NCBI RefSeq assembly: GCF_009914755.1
Contig: NC_060948.1
DNA: 64,000 nt
Source: the human T2T-CHM13v2.0 reference genome, Homo sapiens
Reading direction: 5' to 3' (one strand)
Shown piece by piece: positions 22,012 to 41,353 of the stretch (position 1 is the first letter of the stretch; the number at the start of each line of letters is the position of its first letter). The position numbers were made by a program, and so were the translations under genes. The notes under the pieces are model-generated. The model ran no database searches. It was not told the origin of the DNA and saw only the letters and a program-made list of their open reading frames with translations.

Positions 22012-24116
22012 AGATCCATATTTTTTAAATGAAAAAAAATTTCAAAGGTACTCTGCTTGGTACAATAATCAAATGTATAAACTGAGGAATAAAACATAAC
22101 CATGAAACCTACTTATAACTGCATATGGAAAATACAGAGGATAATTTTTTAAATAACATATTTTGAAAGCCTTAACTAGTAATTTGAAGAGTTGGCATTT
22201 GAAAGGCCAGTATGAATATACCTTCAAAGCAGCAACACAGGTTCCCCATGAGAAAAAGCAAACACAGGGAAAATAAAAACACAAAGGTTCAATCTCTTCT
22301 GACCTTTGAAAGACACAGCACAGACAGTGGTCCTTAGGACGAAGAGCAGGAGACCCCTAATTCCGTCACCATGGCGATAGGGCATAAACATTGCTGGGTG
22401 AGGGCACAATCCACATTGTGAGGTCCAACTGCTGCCAGGAAGACAGGAGTGCTTTTACATAGACCGAAAGGTCATTGAAGGCTCAGAGTTTTGTTTCAAG
22501 AACTGAATCCCAAGCCCACACGTTATTAGGCTGCGCTTCTTAAAACAAGTTATGAGATGGGAAAAAGGGCACCCACAAACATACGTATACATTATGTATA
22601 TAATAATATACAGTATCATATATATAATATATATAACCTATGTATAATATTGTTTTACATCCTGCATCTTATGTTATATATATTGTATAAAATATAATAA
22701 TTGATAATATATAAGTTTTATAATTATACAATATGTCATAGAGTATATATTATAATTTATGACATATATAATATATGTTATATATCATATATAGAATATA
22801 TTATACGGTTAATATACGTATTAAATATAAATTATACATTATATATATTATATATAATATATCTGTTATATATAATACCCATTATGCATAATATATATAT
22901 TATGTCTATGTTATATATAGTATAAAACAACATATAATAATATATAATTGTATATATAAAATGCGACATATAATATATATTATATTTTATAACATATGTA
23001 ATATATATTATATATTATATATAATACGTTGTATGTATAATACCTATATTAAATATATATTATATGACTATGTTATTAATTACATGTCACATGTGTTATA
23101 TATTATATATTTTACGTAGAATATACCGGTTACATACAATATATACTATGATACCTATAATGTATAATTTATTACATGTAAAATAAAGAATGCAATATAT
23201 TATGTATAATTTATAATATACAATATGTGGAATGTGATATATATAACATATAATATATGATATATGATATACAGTATATGATATATAACATACAGTATAT
23301 GATTCCTAATATATATGGTATACAATATATATTTTATGATATGTATTCTATATGTTTTATATTCTGTTATATATAACTATTTGAAATTATATATAACTGT
23401 ATAATATTTTATGTAAATATGTAATATAATATATATAAGTATATAATATATTATATATAACTATATATTATGTTATATATACTTTTATAACATAATTTAC
23501 ATAAAATATCATAATATAATATATATTATATTATTTCATATTACATAATATATATTACATATCACCCAATATAACTAACATACATAATATTATAATATAG
23601 ATTATATTATGTTATATTAAATATCATATATATCATGTATCATATATTCTATAATATATATTACACATTATATAATATGTATGTTGTCTATTATGTGATA
23701 TATATAACTATATATATAATTATATTTTTATACATATAACTAGATAAACATGTAATTCTACATCTTTTCATTTATAATATGTAGAATTATATAATCATAT
23801 ATAATTATTTATATTCTATAAAAAATTTTATCATTATATATATTATAATATATAAAAATTATAATATGTACTACACATATATATATTATATATCATATAT
23901 GATATAGTACCATTGTTATATATCATAATACATATAAATGTGTATTATGTTATCTATAATTATATAATTTCATATATAAGATGTATAATATGTATCATAT
24001 ATTATATATGTTATGTAATATATATAGTATATATAAGATGACACAGGATAAATATTATATACTATGACATATAAAATATATGAGGTTATATGTTACATAT
24101 AAGGCATAGCACATAA

Positions 24117-24431
<315 letters not shown>

Positions 24432-26536
24432 AGATCCATATTTTTTAAATGAAAAAAAATTTCAAAGGTACTCTGCTTGGTACAATAATCAAATGTATAA
24501 ACTGAGGAATAAAACATAACCATGAAACCTACTTATAACTGCATATGGAAAATACAGAGGATAATTTTTTAAATAACATATTTTGAAAGCCTTAACTAGT
24601 AATTTGAAGAGTTGGCATTTGAAAGGCCAGTATGAATATACCTTCAAAGCAGCAACACAGGTTCCCCATGAGAAAAAGCAAACACAGGGAAAATAAAAAC
24701 ACAAAGGTTCAATCTCTTCTGACCTTTGAAAGACACAGCACAGACAGTGGTCCTTAGGACGAAGAGCAGGAGACCCCTAATTCCGTCACCATGGCGATAG
24801 GGCATAAACATTGCTGGGTGAGGGCACAATCCACATTGTGAGGTCCAACTGCTGCCAGGAAGACAGGAGTGCTTTTACATAGACCGAAAGGTCATTGAAG
24901 GCTCAGAGTTTTGTTTCAAGAACTGAATCCCAAGCCCACACGTTATTAGGCTGCGCTTCTTAAAACAAGTTATGAGATGGGAAAAAGGGCACCCACAAAC
25001 ATACGTATACATTATGTATATAATAATATACAGTATCATATATATAATATATATAACCTATGTATAATATTGTTTTACATCCTGCATCTTATGTTATATA
25101 TATTGTATAAAATATAATAATTGATAATATATAAGTTTTATAATTATACAATATGTCATAGAGTATATATTATAATTTATGACATATATAATATATGTTA
25201 TATATCATATATAGAATATATTATACGGTTAATATACGTATTAAATATAAATTATACATTATATATATTATATATAATATATCTGTTATATATAATACCC
25301 ATTATGCATAATATATATATTATGTCTATGTTATATATAGTATAAAACAACATATAATAATATATAATTGTATATATAAAATGCGACATATAATATATAT
25401 TATATTTTATAACATATGTAATATATATTATATATTATATATAATACGTTGTATGTATAATACCTATATTAAATATATATTATATGACTATGTTATTAAT
25501 TACATGTCACATGTGTTATATATTATATATTTTACATAGAATATACCGGTTACATACAATATATACTATGTTACCTATAATGTATAATTTATTACATGTA
25601 AAATAAAGAATGCAATATATTATGTATAATTTATAATATACAATATGTGGAATGTGATATATGTAACATATAATATATGATATATGATATACAGTATATG
25701 ATATATAACATACAATATATGATTCCTAATATATATGGTATACAATATATATTTTATGATATGTATTCTATATGTTTTATATTCTGTTATATATAACTAT
25801 TTGAAATTATATATAACTGTATAATATTTTATGTAAATATGTAATATAATATATATAACTATATAATATATTATATATAACTATATATTATGTTATATAT
25901 ACTTTTATAACATAATTTACATAAAATATCATAATATAATATATATTATATTATTTCATATTACATAATATATATTACATATCACCCAATATAACTAACA
26001 TACATAATATTATAATATAGATTATATTATGTTATATTAAATATCATATATATCATGTATCATATATTCTATAATATATATTACACATTATATAATATGT
26101 ATGTTGTCTATTATGTGATATATATAACTATATATATAATTATATTTTTATACATATAACTGGATAAACATGTAATTCTACATATTTTCATTTATAATAT
26201 GTAGAATTATATAATCATATATAATTTTTTATATTCTATAAAAAATTTTATCATTTTATAAATTATAATATATAAAAATTATAATATGTACTACAAATAT
26301 ATATATTATATATCATATATGATATAGTACCTTTGTTATATATCATAATACATATAAATGTGTATTATGTTATCTATAATTATATAATTTCATATATAAG
26401 ATGTATAATATGTATCATATATTATATATGTTATGTAATATATATAGTATATATAAGATGACACAGGATAAATATTATATACTATGACATATAAAATATA
26501 TGAGGTTATATGTTACATATAAGGCATAGCACATAA

Positions 26537-26851
<315 letters not shown>

Positions 26852-28953
26852 AGATCCATATTTTTTAAATGAAAAAAAATTTCAAAGGTACTCTGCTTGG
26901 TACAATAATCAAATGTATAAACTGAGGAATAAAACATAACCATGAAACCTACTTATAACTGCATATGGAAAATACAGAGGATAATTTTTTAAATAACATA
27001 TTTTGAAAGCCTTAACTAGTAATTTGAAGAGTTGGCATTTGAAAGGCCAGTATGAATATACCTTCAAAGCAGCAACACAGGTTCCCCATGAGAAAAAGCA
27101 AACACAGGGAAAATAAAAACACAAAGGTTCAATCTCTTCTGACCTTTGAAAGACACAGCACAGACAGTGGTCCTTAGGACGAAGAGCAGGAGACCCCTAA
27201 TTCCGTCACCATGGCGATAGGGCATAAACATTGCTGGGTGAGGGCACAATCCACATTGTGAGGTCCAACTGCTGCCAGGAAGACAGGAGTGCTTTTACAT
27301 AGACCGAAAGGTCATTGAAGGCTCAGAGTTTTGTTTCAAGAACTGAATCCCAAGCCCACACGTTATTAGGCTGCGCTTCTTAAAACAAGTTATGAGATGG
27401 GAAAAAGGGCACCCACAAACATACGTATACATTATGTATATAATAATATACAGTATCATATATATAATATATATAACCTATGTATAATATTGTTTTACAT
27501 CCTGCATCTTATGTTATATATATTGTATAAAATATAATAATTGATAATATATGTTTTATATTTATACAATATGACATATAGTATATATTATAATTTATGA
27601 CATATATAATATATGTTATATATCATATATAGAATATATTATACGGTTAATATACGTATTAAATATAAATTATACATTATATATATTATATATAATATAT
27701 CTGTTATATATAATACCCATTATGCATAATATATATATTATGTCTATGTTATATATAGTATAAAACAACATATAATAATATATAATTGTATATATAAAAT
27801 GCGACATATAATATATATTATATTTTATAACATATGTAATATATATTATATATTATATATAATACGTTGTATGTATAATACCTATATTAAATATATATTA
27901 TATGACTATGTTATTAATTACATGTCACATGTGTTATATATTATATATTTTACATAGAATATACCGGTTACATACAATATATATTATGTTACCTATAATG
28001 TATAATTTATTACATGTAAAATAAAGAATGCAATATATTATGTATAATTTATAATATACAATATGTGGAATGTGATATATATAACATATAATATATGATA
28101 TATGATATACAGTATATGATATATAACATACAATATATGATTCCTAATATATATGGTATACAATATATATTTTATGATATGTATTCTATATGTTTTATAT
28201 TCTGTTATATATAACTATTTGAAATTATATATAACTGTATAATATTTTATGTAAATATGTAATATAATATATATAACTATATAATATATTATATATAACT
28301 ATATATTATGTTATATATACTTTTATAACATAATTTACATAAAATATCATAATATAATATATATTATATTATTTCATATTACATAATATATATTACATAT
28401 CACCCAATATAACTAACATACATAATATTATAATATAGATTATATTATGTTATATTAAATATCATATATATCATGTATCATATATTCTATAATATATATT
28501 ACACATTATATAATATGTATGTTGTCTATTATGTGATATATATAACTATATATATAATTATATTTTTATACATATAACTAGATAAACATGTAATTCTACA
28601 TATTTTCATTTATAATATGTAGAATTATATAATCAATATAATAATTTATATTCTATAAAAAATTTTATCACTATATAAATTATAATATATAAAAATTATA
28701 ATATGTACTACAAATATATATATTATATATCATATATGCTATAGTACCTTTGTTATATATCATAATACATATAAATGTGTATTATGTTATCTATAATTAT
28801 ATAATTTCATATATAAGTTGTATAATATGTATCATATATTATATATGTTATGTAATATATATAGTATATATAAGATGACACAGGATAAATATTATATACT
28901 ATGACATATAAAATATATGAGGTTATATGTTACATATAAGGCATAGCACATAA

Positions 28954-29268
<315 letters not shown>

Positions 29269-31370
29269 AGATCCATATTTTTTAAATGAAAAAAATTTCA
29301 AAGGTACTCTGCTTGGTACAATAATCAAATGTATAAACTGAGGAATAAAACATAACCATGAAACCTACTTATAACTGCATATGGAAAATACAGAGGATAA
29401 TTTTTTAAATAACATATTTTGAAAGCCTTAACTAGTAATTTGAAGAGTTGGCATTTGAAAGGCCAGTATGAATATACCTTCAAAGCAGCAACACAGGTTC
29501 CCCATGAGAAAAAGCAAACACAGGGAAAATAAAAACACAAAGGTTCAATCTCTTCTGACCTTTGAAAGACACAGCACAGACAGCGGTCCTTAGGACGAAG
29601 AGCAGGAGACCCCTAATTCCGTCACCATGGCGATAGGGCATAAACATTGCTGGGTGAGGGCACAATCCACATTGTGAGGTCCAACTGCTGCCAGGAAGAC
29701 AGGAGTGCTTTTACATAGACCGAAAGGTCATTGAAGGCTCAGAGTTTTGTTTCAAGAACTGAATCCCAAGCCCACACGTTATTAGGCTGCGCTTCTTAAA
29801 ACAAGTTATGAGATGGGAAAAAGGGCACCCACAAACATACGTATACATTATGTATAATAATATACAGTATCATATATATAATATATATAAACTATGTATA
29901 ATATTGTTTTACATCCTGCATCTTATGTAATATATATTGTATAAAATATAATAATTGATAATATATAAGTTTTATATTTATACAATATGACATATAGTAT
30001 ATATTATAATTTATGACATTTATAATATATGTTATATATCATATATAGAATATATTATACGGTTAATATACGTATTAAATATAAATTATACATTATATAT
30101 ATTATATATAATATATCTGTTATATATAATACCCATTATGCATAATATATATATTATGTCTATGTTATATATAGTATAAAACAACATATAATAATATATA
30201 ATTGTATATATAAAATGCGACATAGAATATATATTATATTTTATAACATATGTAATATATATTATATATTATATATAATACGTTGTATGTATAATACCTA
30301 TATTAAATATATATTATATGACTATGTTATTAATTACATGTCACATGTGTTATATATTATATATTTTACATAGAATATACCGGTTACATACAATATATAC
30401 TATGTTACCTATAATGTATAATTTATTACATGTAAAATAAAGAATGCAATATATTATGTATAATTTATAATATACAATATGTGGAATGTGATATATATAA
30501 CATATAATATATGATATATGATGTACAGTATATGATATATAACATACAATATATGATTCCTAATATATATGGTATACAATATATATTTTATGATATGTAT
30601 TCTATATGTTTTATATTCTGTTATATATAACTATTTGAAATTATATATAACTGTATAATATTTTATGTAAATATGTAATATAATATATATAACTATATAA
30701 TATATTATATATAACTATATATTATGTTATATATGCTTTTATAACATAATTTACATAAAATATCATAATATAATATATATTATATTATTTCATATTACAT
30801 AATATATATTACATATCACCCAATATAACTATCATACATAATATTATAATATAGATTATATTATGTTATATTAAATATGATATATATCATGTATCATATA
30901 TTCTATAATATATATTACACATTATATAATATGTATGTTGTCTATTATGTGATATATATAACTATATATATAATTATATTTTTATACATATAACTAGATA
31001 AACATGTAATTCTACATATTTTCATTTATAATATGTAGAATTATATAATCATATATAATTATTTATATTCTATAAAAAATTTTATCATTATATAAATTAT
31101 AATATATAAAAATTATAATATGTACTACAAATATATATATTATATATCATATATGCTATAGTACCTTTGTTATATATCATAATACATATAAATGTGTATT
31201 ATGTTATCTATAATTATATAATTTCATATATAAGTTGTATAATATGTATCATATATTATATATGTTATGTAATATATATAGTATATATAAGATGAGACAG
31301 GATAAATATTATATACTATGACATATAAAATATATGAGGTTATATGTTACATATAAGGCATAGCACATAA

Positions 31371-31685
<315 letters not shown>

Positions 31686-33787
31686 AGATCCATATTTTTT
31701 AAATGAAAAAAATTTCAAAGGTACTCTGCTTGGTACAATAATCAAATGTATAAACTGAGGAATAAAACATAACCATGAAACCTACTTATAACTGCATATG
31801 GAAAATACAGAGGATAATTTTTTAAATAACATATTTTGAAAGCCTTAACTAGTAATTTGAAGAGTTGGCATTTGAAAGGCCAGTATGAATATACCTTCAA
31901 AGCAGCAACACAGGTTCCCCATGAGAAAAAGCAAACACAGGGAAAATAAAAACACAAAGGTTCAATCTCTTCTGACCTTTGAAAGACACAGCACAGACAG
32001 TGGTCCTTAGGACGAAGAGCAGGAGACCCCTAATTCCGTCACCATGGCGATAGGGCATAAACATTGCTGGGTGAGGGCACAATCCACATTGTGAGGTCCA
32101 ACTGCTGCCAGGAAGACAGGAGTGCTTTTACATAGACCGAAAGGTCATTGAAGGCTCAGAGTTTTGTTTCAAGAACTGAATCCCAAGCCCACACGTTATT
32201 AGGCTGCGCTTCTTAAAACAAGTTATGAGATGGGAAAAAGGGCACCCACAAACATACGTATACATTATGTATAATAATATACAGTATCATATATATAATA
32301 TATATAAACTATGTATAATATTGTTTTACATCCTGCATCTTATGTAATATATATTGTATAAAATATAATAATTGATAATATATAAGTTTTATATTTATAC
32401 AATATGACATATAGTATATATTATAATTTATGACATTTATAATATATGTTATATATCATATATAGAATATATTATACGGTTAATATATGTATTAAATATA
32501 AATTATACATTATATATATTATATAAAATATATCTGTTATATATAATACCCATTATGCATAATATATATATTATGTCTATGTTATATATAGTATAAAACA
32601 ACATATAATAATATATAATTGTATATATAAAATGCGACATAGAATATATATTATATTTTATAACATATGTAATATATATTATATATTATATATAATACGT
32701 TGTATGTATAATACCTATATTAAATATATATTATATGACTATGTTATTAATTACATGTCACATGTGTTATATATTATATATTTTACATAGAATATACCGG
32801 TTACATACAATATATACTATGTTACCTATAATGTATAATTTATTACATGTAAAATAAAGAATGCAATATATTATGTATAATTTATAATATACAATATGTG
32901 GAATGTGATATATATAACATATAATATATGATATATGATATACAGTATATGATATATAACATACAATATATGATTCCTAATATATATGGTATACAATATA
33001 TATTTTATGATATGTATTCTATATGTTTTATATTCTGTTATATATAACTATTTGAAATTATATATAACTGTATAATATTTTATGTAAATATGTAATATAA
33101 TATATATAAATATATAATATATTATATATAACTATATATTATGTTATATATACTTTTATAACATAATTTACATAAAATATCATAATATAATATATATTAT
33201 ATTATTTCATATTACATAATATATATTACATATCACCCAATATAACTAACATACATAATATTATAATATAGATTATATTGTGTTATATTAAATATCATAT
33301 ATATCATGTATCATATATTCTATAATATATATTACACATTATATAATATGTATGTTGTCTATTATGTGATATATATAACTATATATATAATTATATTTTT
33401 ATACATATAACTAGATAAGCATGTAATTCTACATATTTTCATTTATAATATGTAGAATTATATAATCATATATAATTATTTATATTCTATAAAAAATTTT
33501 ATCATTATATAAATTATAATATATAAAAATTATAATATGTACTACAAATATATATATTATATATCATATATGATATAGTACCTTTGTTATATATCATAAT
33601 ACATATAAATGTGTATTATGTTATCTATAATTATATAATTTCATATATAAGATGTATAATATGTATCATATATTATATATGTTATGTAATATATATAGTA
33701 TATATAAGATGACACAGGATAAATATTATATACTATGACATATAAAATATATGAGGTTATATGTTACATATAAGGCATGGCACATAA

Positions 33788-34102
<315 letters not shown>

Positions 34103-36207
34103 AGATCCATATTTTTTAAATGAAAAAAAATTTCAAAGGTACTCTGCTTGGTACAATAATCAAATGTATAAACTGAGGAATAAAACATAACCATGAAACC
34201 TACTTATAACTGCATATGGAAAATACAGAGGATAATTTTTTAAATAACATATTTTGAAAGCCTTAACTAGTAATTTGAAGAGTTGGCATTTGAAAGGCCA
34301 GTATGAATATACCTTCAAAGCAGCAACACAGGTTCCCCATGAGAAAAAGCAAACACAGGGAAAATAAAAACACAAAGGTTCAATCTCTTCTGACCTTTGA
34401 AAGACACAGCACAGACAGCGGTCCTTAGGACGAAGAGCAGGAGACCCCTAATTCCGTCACCATGGCGATAGGGCATAAACATTGCTGGGTGAGGGCACAA
34501 TCCACATTGTGAGGTCCAACTGCTGCCAGGAAGACAGGAGTGCTTTTACATAGACCGAAAGGTCATTGAAGGCTCAGAGTTTTGTTTCAAGAACTGAATC
34601 CCTAGCCCACACGTTATTAGGCTGCGCTTCTTAAAACAAGTTATGAGATGGGAAAAAGGGCACCCACAAACATACGTATACATTATGTATATAATAATAT
34701 ACAGTATCATATATATAATATATATAACCTATGTATAATATTGTTTTACATCCTGCATCTTATGTTATATATATTGTATAAAATATAAAAATTGATAATA
34801 TATAAGTTTTATAATTATACAATATGACATATAGTATATATTATAATTTATGACATATATAATATATGTTATATGTCATATATAGAATATATTATACGGT
34901 TAATATACGTATTAAATATAAATTATACATTATATATATTATATATAATATATCTGTTATATATAATACCCATTATGCATAATATATATATTATGTCTAT
35001 GTTATATATAGTATAAAACAACATATAATAATATATAATTGTATATATAAAATGCGACATATAATATATATTATATTTTGTAACATATGTAATATATATT
35101 ATATATTATATATAATACGTTGTATGTATAATACCTATATTAAATATATATTATATGACTATGTTATTAATTACATGTCACATGTGTTATATATTATATA
35201 TTTTACATAGAATATACCGGTTACATACAATATATACTATGTTACCTATAATGTATAATTTATTACATGTAAAATAAAGAATGCAATATATTATGTATAA
35301 TTTATAATATACAATATGTGGAATGCGATATATGTAACATATAATATATGATATATGATATACAGTATATGATATATAACATACAATATATGATTCCTAA
35401 TATATATGGTATACAATATATATTTTATGATATGTATTCTATATGTTTTATATTCTGTTATATATAACTATTTGAAATTATATATAACTGTATAATATTT
35501 TATGTAAATATGTAATATAATATATATAACTATATAATATATTATATATAACTATATATTATGTTATATATACTTTTATAACATAATTTACATAAAATAT
35601 CATCATATAATATATATTATATTATTTCATATTACATAATATATATTACATATCACCCAATATAACTAACATACATAATATTATAATATAGATTATATTA
35701 TGTTATATTAAATATCATATATATCATGTATCATATATTCTATAATATATATTACACATTATATAATATGTATGTTGTCTATTATGTGATATATATAACT
35801 ATATATATAATTATATTTTTATACATATAACTGGATAAACATGTAATTCTACATATTTTCATTTATAATATGTAGAATTATATAATCATATATAATTTTT
35901 TATATTCTATAAAAAATTTTATCATTTTATAAATTATAATATATAAAAATTATAATATGTACTACAAATATATATATTATATATCATATATGATATAGTA
36001 CCATTGTTATATATCATAATACATATAAATGTGTATTATGTTATCTATAATTATATAATTTCATATATAAGATGTATAATATGTATCATATATTATATAT
36101 GTTATGTAATATATATAGTATATATAAGATGACACAGGATAAATATTATATACTATGACATATAAAATATATGAGGTTATATGTTACATATAAGGCATAG
36201 CACATAA

Positions 36208-36522
<315 letters not shown>

Positions 36523-38627
36523 AGATCCATATTTTTTAAATGAAAAAAAATTTCAAAGGTACTCTGCTTGGTACAATAATCAAATGTATAAACTGAGAAA
36601 TAAAACATAACCATGAAACCTACTTATAACTGCATATGGAAAATACAGAGGATAATTTTTTAAATAACATATTTTGAAAGCCTTAACTAGTAATTTGAAG
36701 AGTTGGCATTTGAAAGGCCAGTATGAATATACCTTCAAAGCAGCAACACAGGTTCCCCATGAGAAAAAGCAAACACAGGGAAAATAAAAACACAAAGGTT
36801 CAATCTCTTCTGACCTTTGAAAGACACAGCACAGACAGTGGTCCTTAGGACGAAGAGCAGGAGACCCCTAATTCCGTCACCATGGCGATAGGGCATAAAC
36901 ATTGCTGGGTGAGGGCACAATCCACATTGTGAGGTCCAACTGCTGCCAGGAAGACAGGAGTGCTTTTACATAGACCGAAAGGTCATTGAAGGCTCAGAGT
37001 TTTGTTTCAAGAACTGAATCCCAAGCCCACACGTTATTAGGCTGCGCTTCTTAAAACAAGTTATGAGATGGGAAAAAGGGCACCCACAAACATACGTATA
37101 CATTATGTATATAATAATATACAGTATCATATATATAATATATATAACCTATGTATAATATTGTTTTACATCCTGCATCTTATGTTATATATATTGTATA
37201 AAATATAATAATTGATAATATATAAGTTTTATAATTATACAATATGACATATAGTATATATTATAATTTATGACATATATAATATATGTTATATGTCATA
37301 TATAGAATATATTATACGGTTAATATACGTATTAAATATAAATTATACATTATATATATTATATATAATATATCTGTTATATATAATACCCATTATGCAT
37401 AATATATATATTATGTCTATGTTATATATAGTATAAAACAACATATAATAATATATAATTGTATATATAAAATGCGACATATAATATATATTATATTTTA
37501 TAACATATGTAATATATATTATATATTATATATAATACGTTGTATGTATAATACCTATATTAAATATATATTATATGACTATGTTATTAATTACATGTCA
37601 CATGTGTTATATATTATATATTTTACATAGCATATACCGGTTACATACAATATATACTATGTTACCTATAATGTATAATTTATTACATGTAAAATAAAGA
37701 ATGCAATATATTATGTATAATTTATAATATACAATATGTGGAATGTGATATATGTAACATATAATATATGATATATGATATACAGTATATGATATATAAC
37801 ATACAATATATGATTCCTAATATATATGGTATACAATATATATTTTATGATATGTATTCTATATGTTTTATATTCTGTTATATATAACTATTTGAAATTA
37901 TATATAACTGTATAATATTTTATGTAAATATGTAATATAATATATATAACTATATAATATATTATATATAACTATATATTATGTTATATATACTTTTATA
38001 ACATAATTTACATAAAATATCATCATATAATATATATTATATTATTTCATATTACATAATATATATTACATATCACCCAATATAACTAACATACATAATA
38101 TTATAATATAGATTATATTATGTTATATTAAATATCATATATATCATGTATCATATATTCTATAATATATATTACACATTATATAATATGTATGTTGACT
38201 ATTATGTGATATATATAACTATATATATAATTATATTTTTATACATATAACTGGATAAACATGTAATTCTACATATTTTCATTTATAATATGTAGAATTA
38301 TATAATCATATATAATTTTTTATATTCTATAAAAAATTTTATCATTTTATAAATTATAATATATAAAAATTATAATATGTACTACAAATATATATATTAT
38401 ATATCATATATGATATAGTACCATTGTTATATATCATAATACATATAAATGTGTATTATGTTATCTATAATTATATAATTTCATATATAAGATGTATAAT
38501 ATGTATCATATATTATATATGTTATGTAATATATATAGTATATATAAGATGACACAGGATAAATATTATATACTATGACATATAAAATATATGAGGTTAT
38601 ATGTTACATATAAGGCATAGCACATAA

Positions 38628-38942
<315 letters not shown>

Positions 38943-41061
38943 AGATCCATATTTTTTAAATGAAAAAAAATTTCAAAGGTACTCTGCTTGGTACAATAAT
39001 CAAATGTATAAACTGAGGAATAAAACATAACCATGAAACCTACTTATAACTGCATATGGAAAATACAGAGGATAATTTTTTAAATAACATATTTTGAAAG
39101 CCTTAACTAGTAATTTGAAGAGTTGGCATTTGAAAGGCCAGTATGAATATACCTTCAAAGCAGCAACACAGGTTCCCCATGAGAAAAAGCAAACACAGGG
39201 AAAATAAAAACACAAAGGTTCAATCTCTTCTGACCTTTGAAAGACACAGCACAGACAGTGGTCCTTAGGACGAAGAGCAGGAGACCCCTAATTCCGTCAC
39301 CATGGCGATAGGGCATAAACATTGCTGGGTGAGGGCACAATCCACATTGTGAGGTCCAACTGCTGCCAGGAAGACAGGAGTGCTTTTACATAGACCGAAA
39401 GGTCATTGAAGGCTCAGAGTTTTGTTTCAAGAACTGAATCCCAAGCCCACACGTTATTAGGCTGCGCTTCTTAAAACAAGTTATGAGATGGGAAAAAGGG
39501 CACCCACAAACATACGTATACATTATGTATATAATAATATACAGTATCATATATATAATATATATAACGTATGTATAATATTGTTTTACATCCTGCATCT
39601 TATGTTATATATACTGTATAAAATATAATAATTGATAATATATAAGTTTTATAATTATACAATGTGACATATAGTATATATTATAATTTATGACATATAT
39701 AATATATGTTATATATCATATATAGAATATATTATACGGTTAATATACGTATTAAATATAAATTATACATTATATATATTATATATAATATATCTGTTAT
39801 ATATAATACCCATTATGCATAATATATATATTATGTCTATGTTATATATAGTATAAAACAACATATAATAATATATAATTGTATATATAAAATGCGACAT
39901 ATAATATATATTATATTTTATAACATATGTTATATATTATATATAATACGTTGTATGTATAATACCTATTTTAAATATATATTATATGACTATGTTATTA
40001 ATTACATGTCACATGTGTTATACATTATATATTTTACATAGAATATACCGGTTACATACAATATATACTATGTTACCTATAATGTATAATTTATTACATG
40101 TAAAATAAAGAATGCAATATATTATGTATAATTTATAATATACAATATGTGGAATGTGATATATGTAACATATAATATATGATATATGATATACAGTATA
40201 TGATATATAACATACAATATATGATTCCTAATATATATGGTATACAATATATATTTTATGATATGTATTCTATATGTTTTATATTCTGTTATATATAACT
40301 ACTTGAAATTATATATAACTGTATAATATTTTATGTAAATATGTAATATAATATATATAACTATATAATATATTATATATAACTATATATTATGTTATAT
40401 ATACTTTTATAACATAATTTACATAAAATATCATAATATAATATATATTATATTATTTCATATTACATAATATATATTACATATCACCCAATATAACTAA
40501 CATACATAATAGTATAATATAGATTATATTATGTTATATTAAATATCATATATATCATGTATCATATATTCTATAATATATATTACACATTATATAATAT
40601 GTATGTTGTCTATTATGTGATATATATAACTATATATATAATTATATTTTTATACATATAACTAGATAAACATGTAATTTTACATATTTTCATTTATAAT
40701 ATGTAGAATTATATAATCATATATAATTATTTATATTCTATAAAAAATTTTATCATTATATAAATTATAATATATAAAAATTATAATATGTACTACAAAT
40801 ATATATATTATATATCATATATGATATAGTACCTTTGTTATATATCATAATACATATAAATGTGTATTATGTTATCTATAATTATATAATTTCATATATA
40901 AGATGTATAATATGTATCATATATTATATATGTTATGTAATATATATAGTATATATAAGATGACACAGGATAAATATTAAATACTATGACATATAAAATA
41001 TATGAGGTTATATGTTACATATAAGGCATAGCACATAACATGTAATATATATCATGTATAA

Positions 41062-41353
41062 TTTTTTTTTTGACAGAATCTTGTCCTGTTGCACAGGGTG
41101 GGGTACAATGGCGCCATCTTTGCTCACTGCAACTTCTGCCTCACGGGTCCAAGCGATTGTCCTCCCTCAGCCTCCCAGGTAGCTGGGACTACACCACACT
41201 GGGACTACACCAGCTGCCACCATGCCTAGCTAATTTTTTGGATTTTTAGTAGTGACAGCGTTTCACTGTATTGGCCAGGATGGTCTTGATCTCTTCACCT
41301 TGTGATTCCCTTGCCTTGGCCTCCAAATTTGCTGGGATTACAGGCCTGAGCCA
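41062..41353 (-). mobile_element. Alu fragment, unit 18
   Basis: Copy of the unit Alu (T10-GACAG tail variant). Confidence 0.95.
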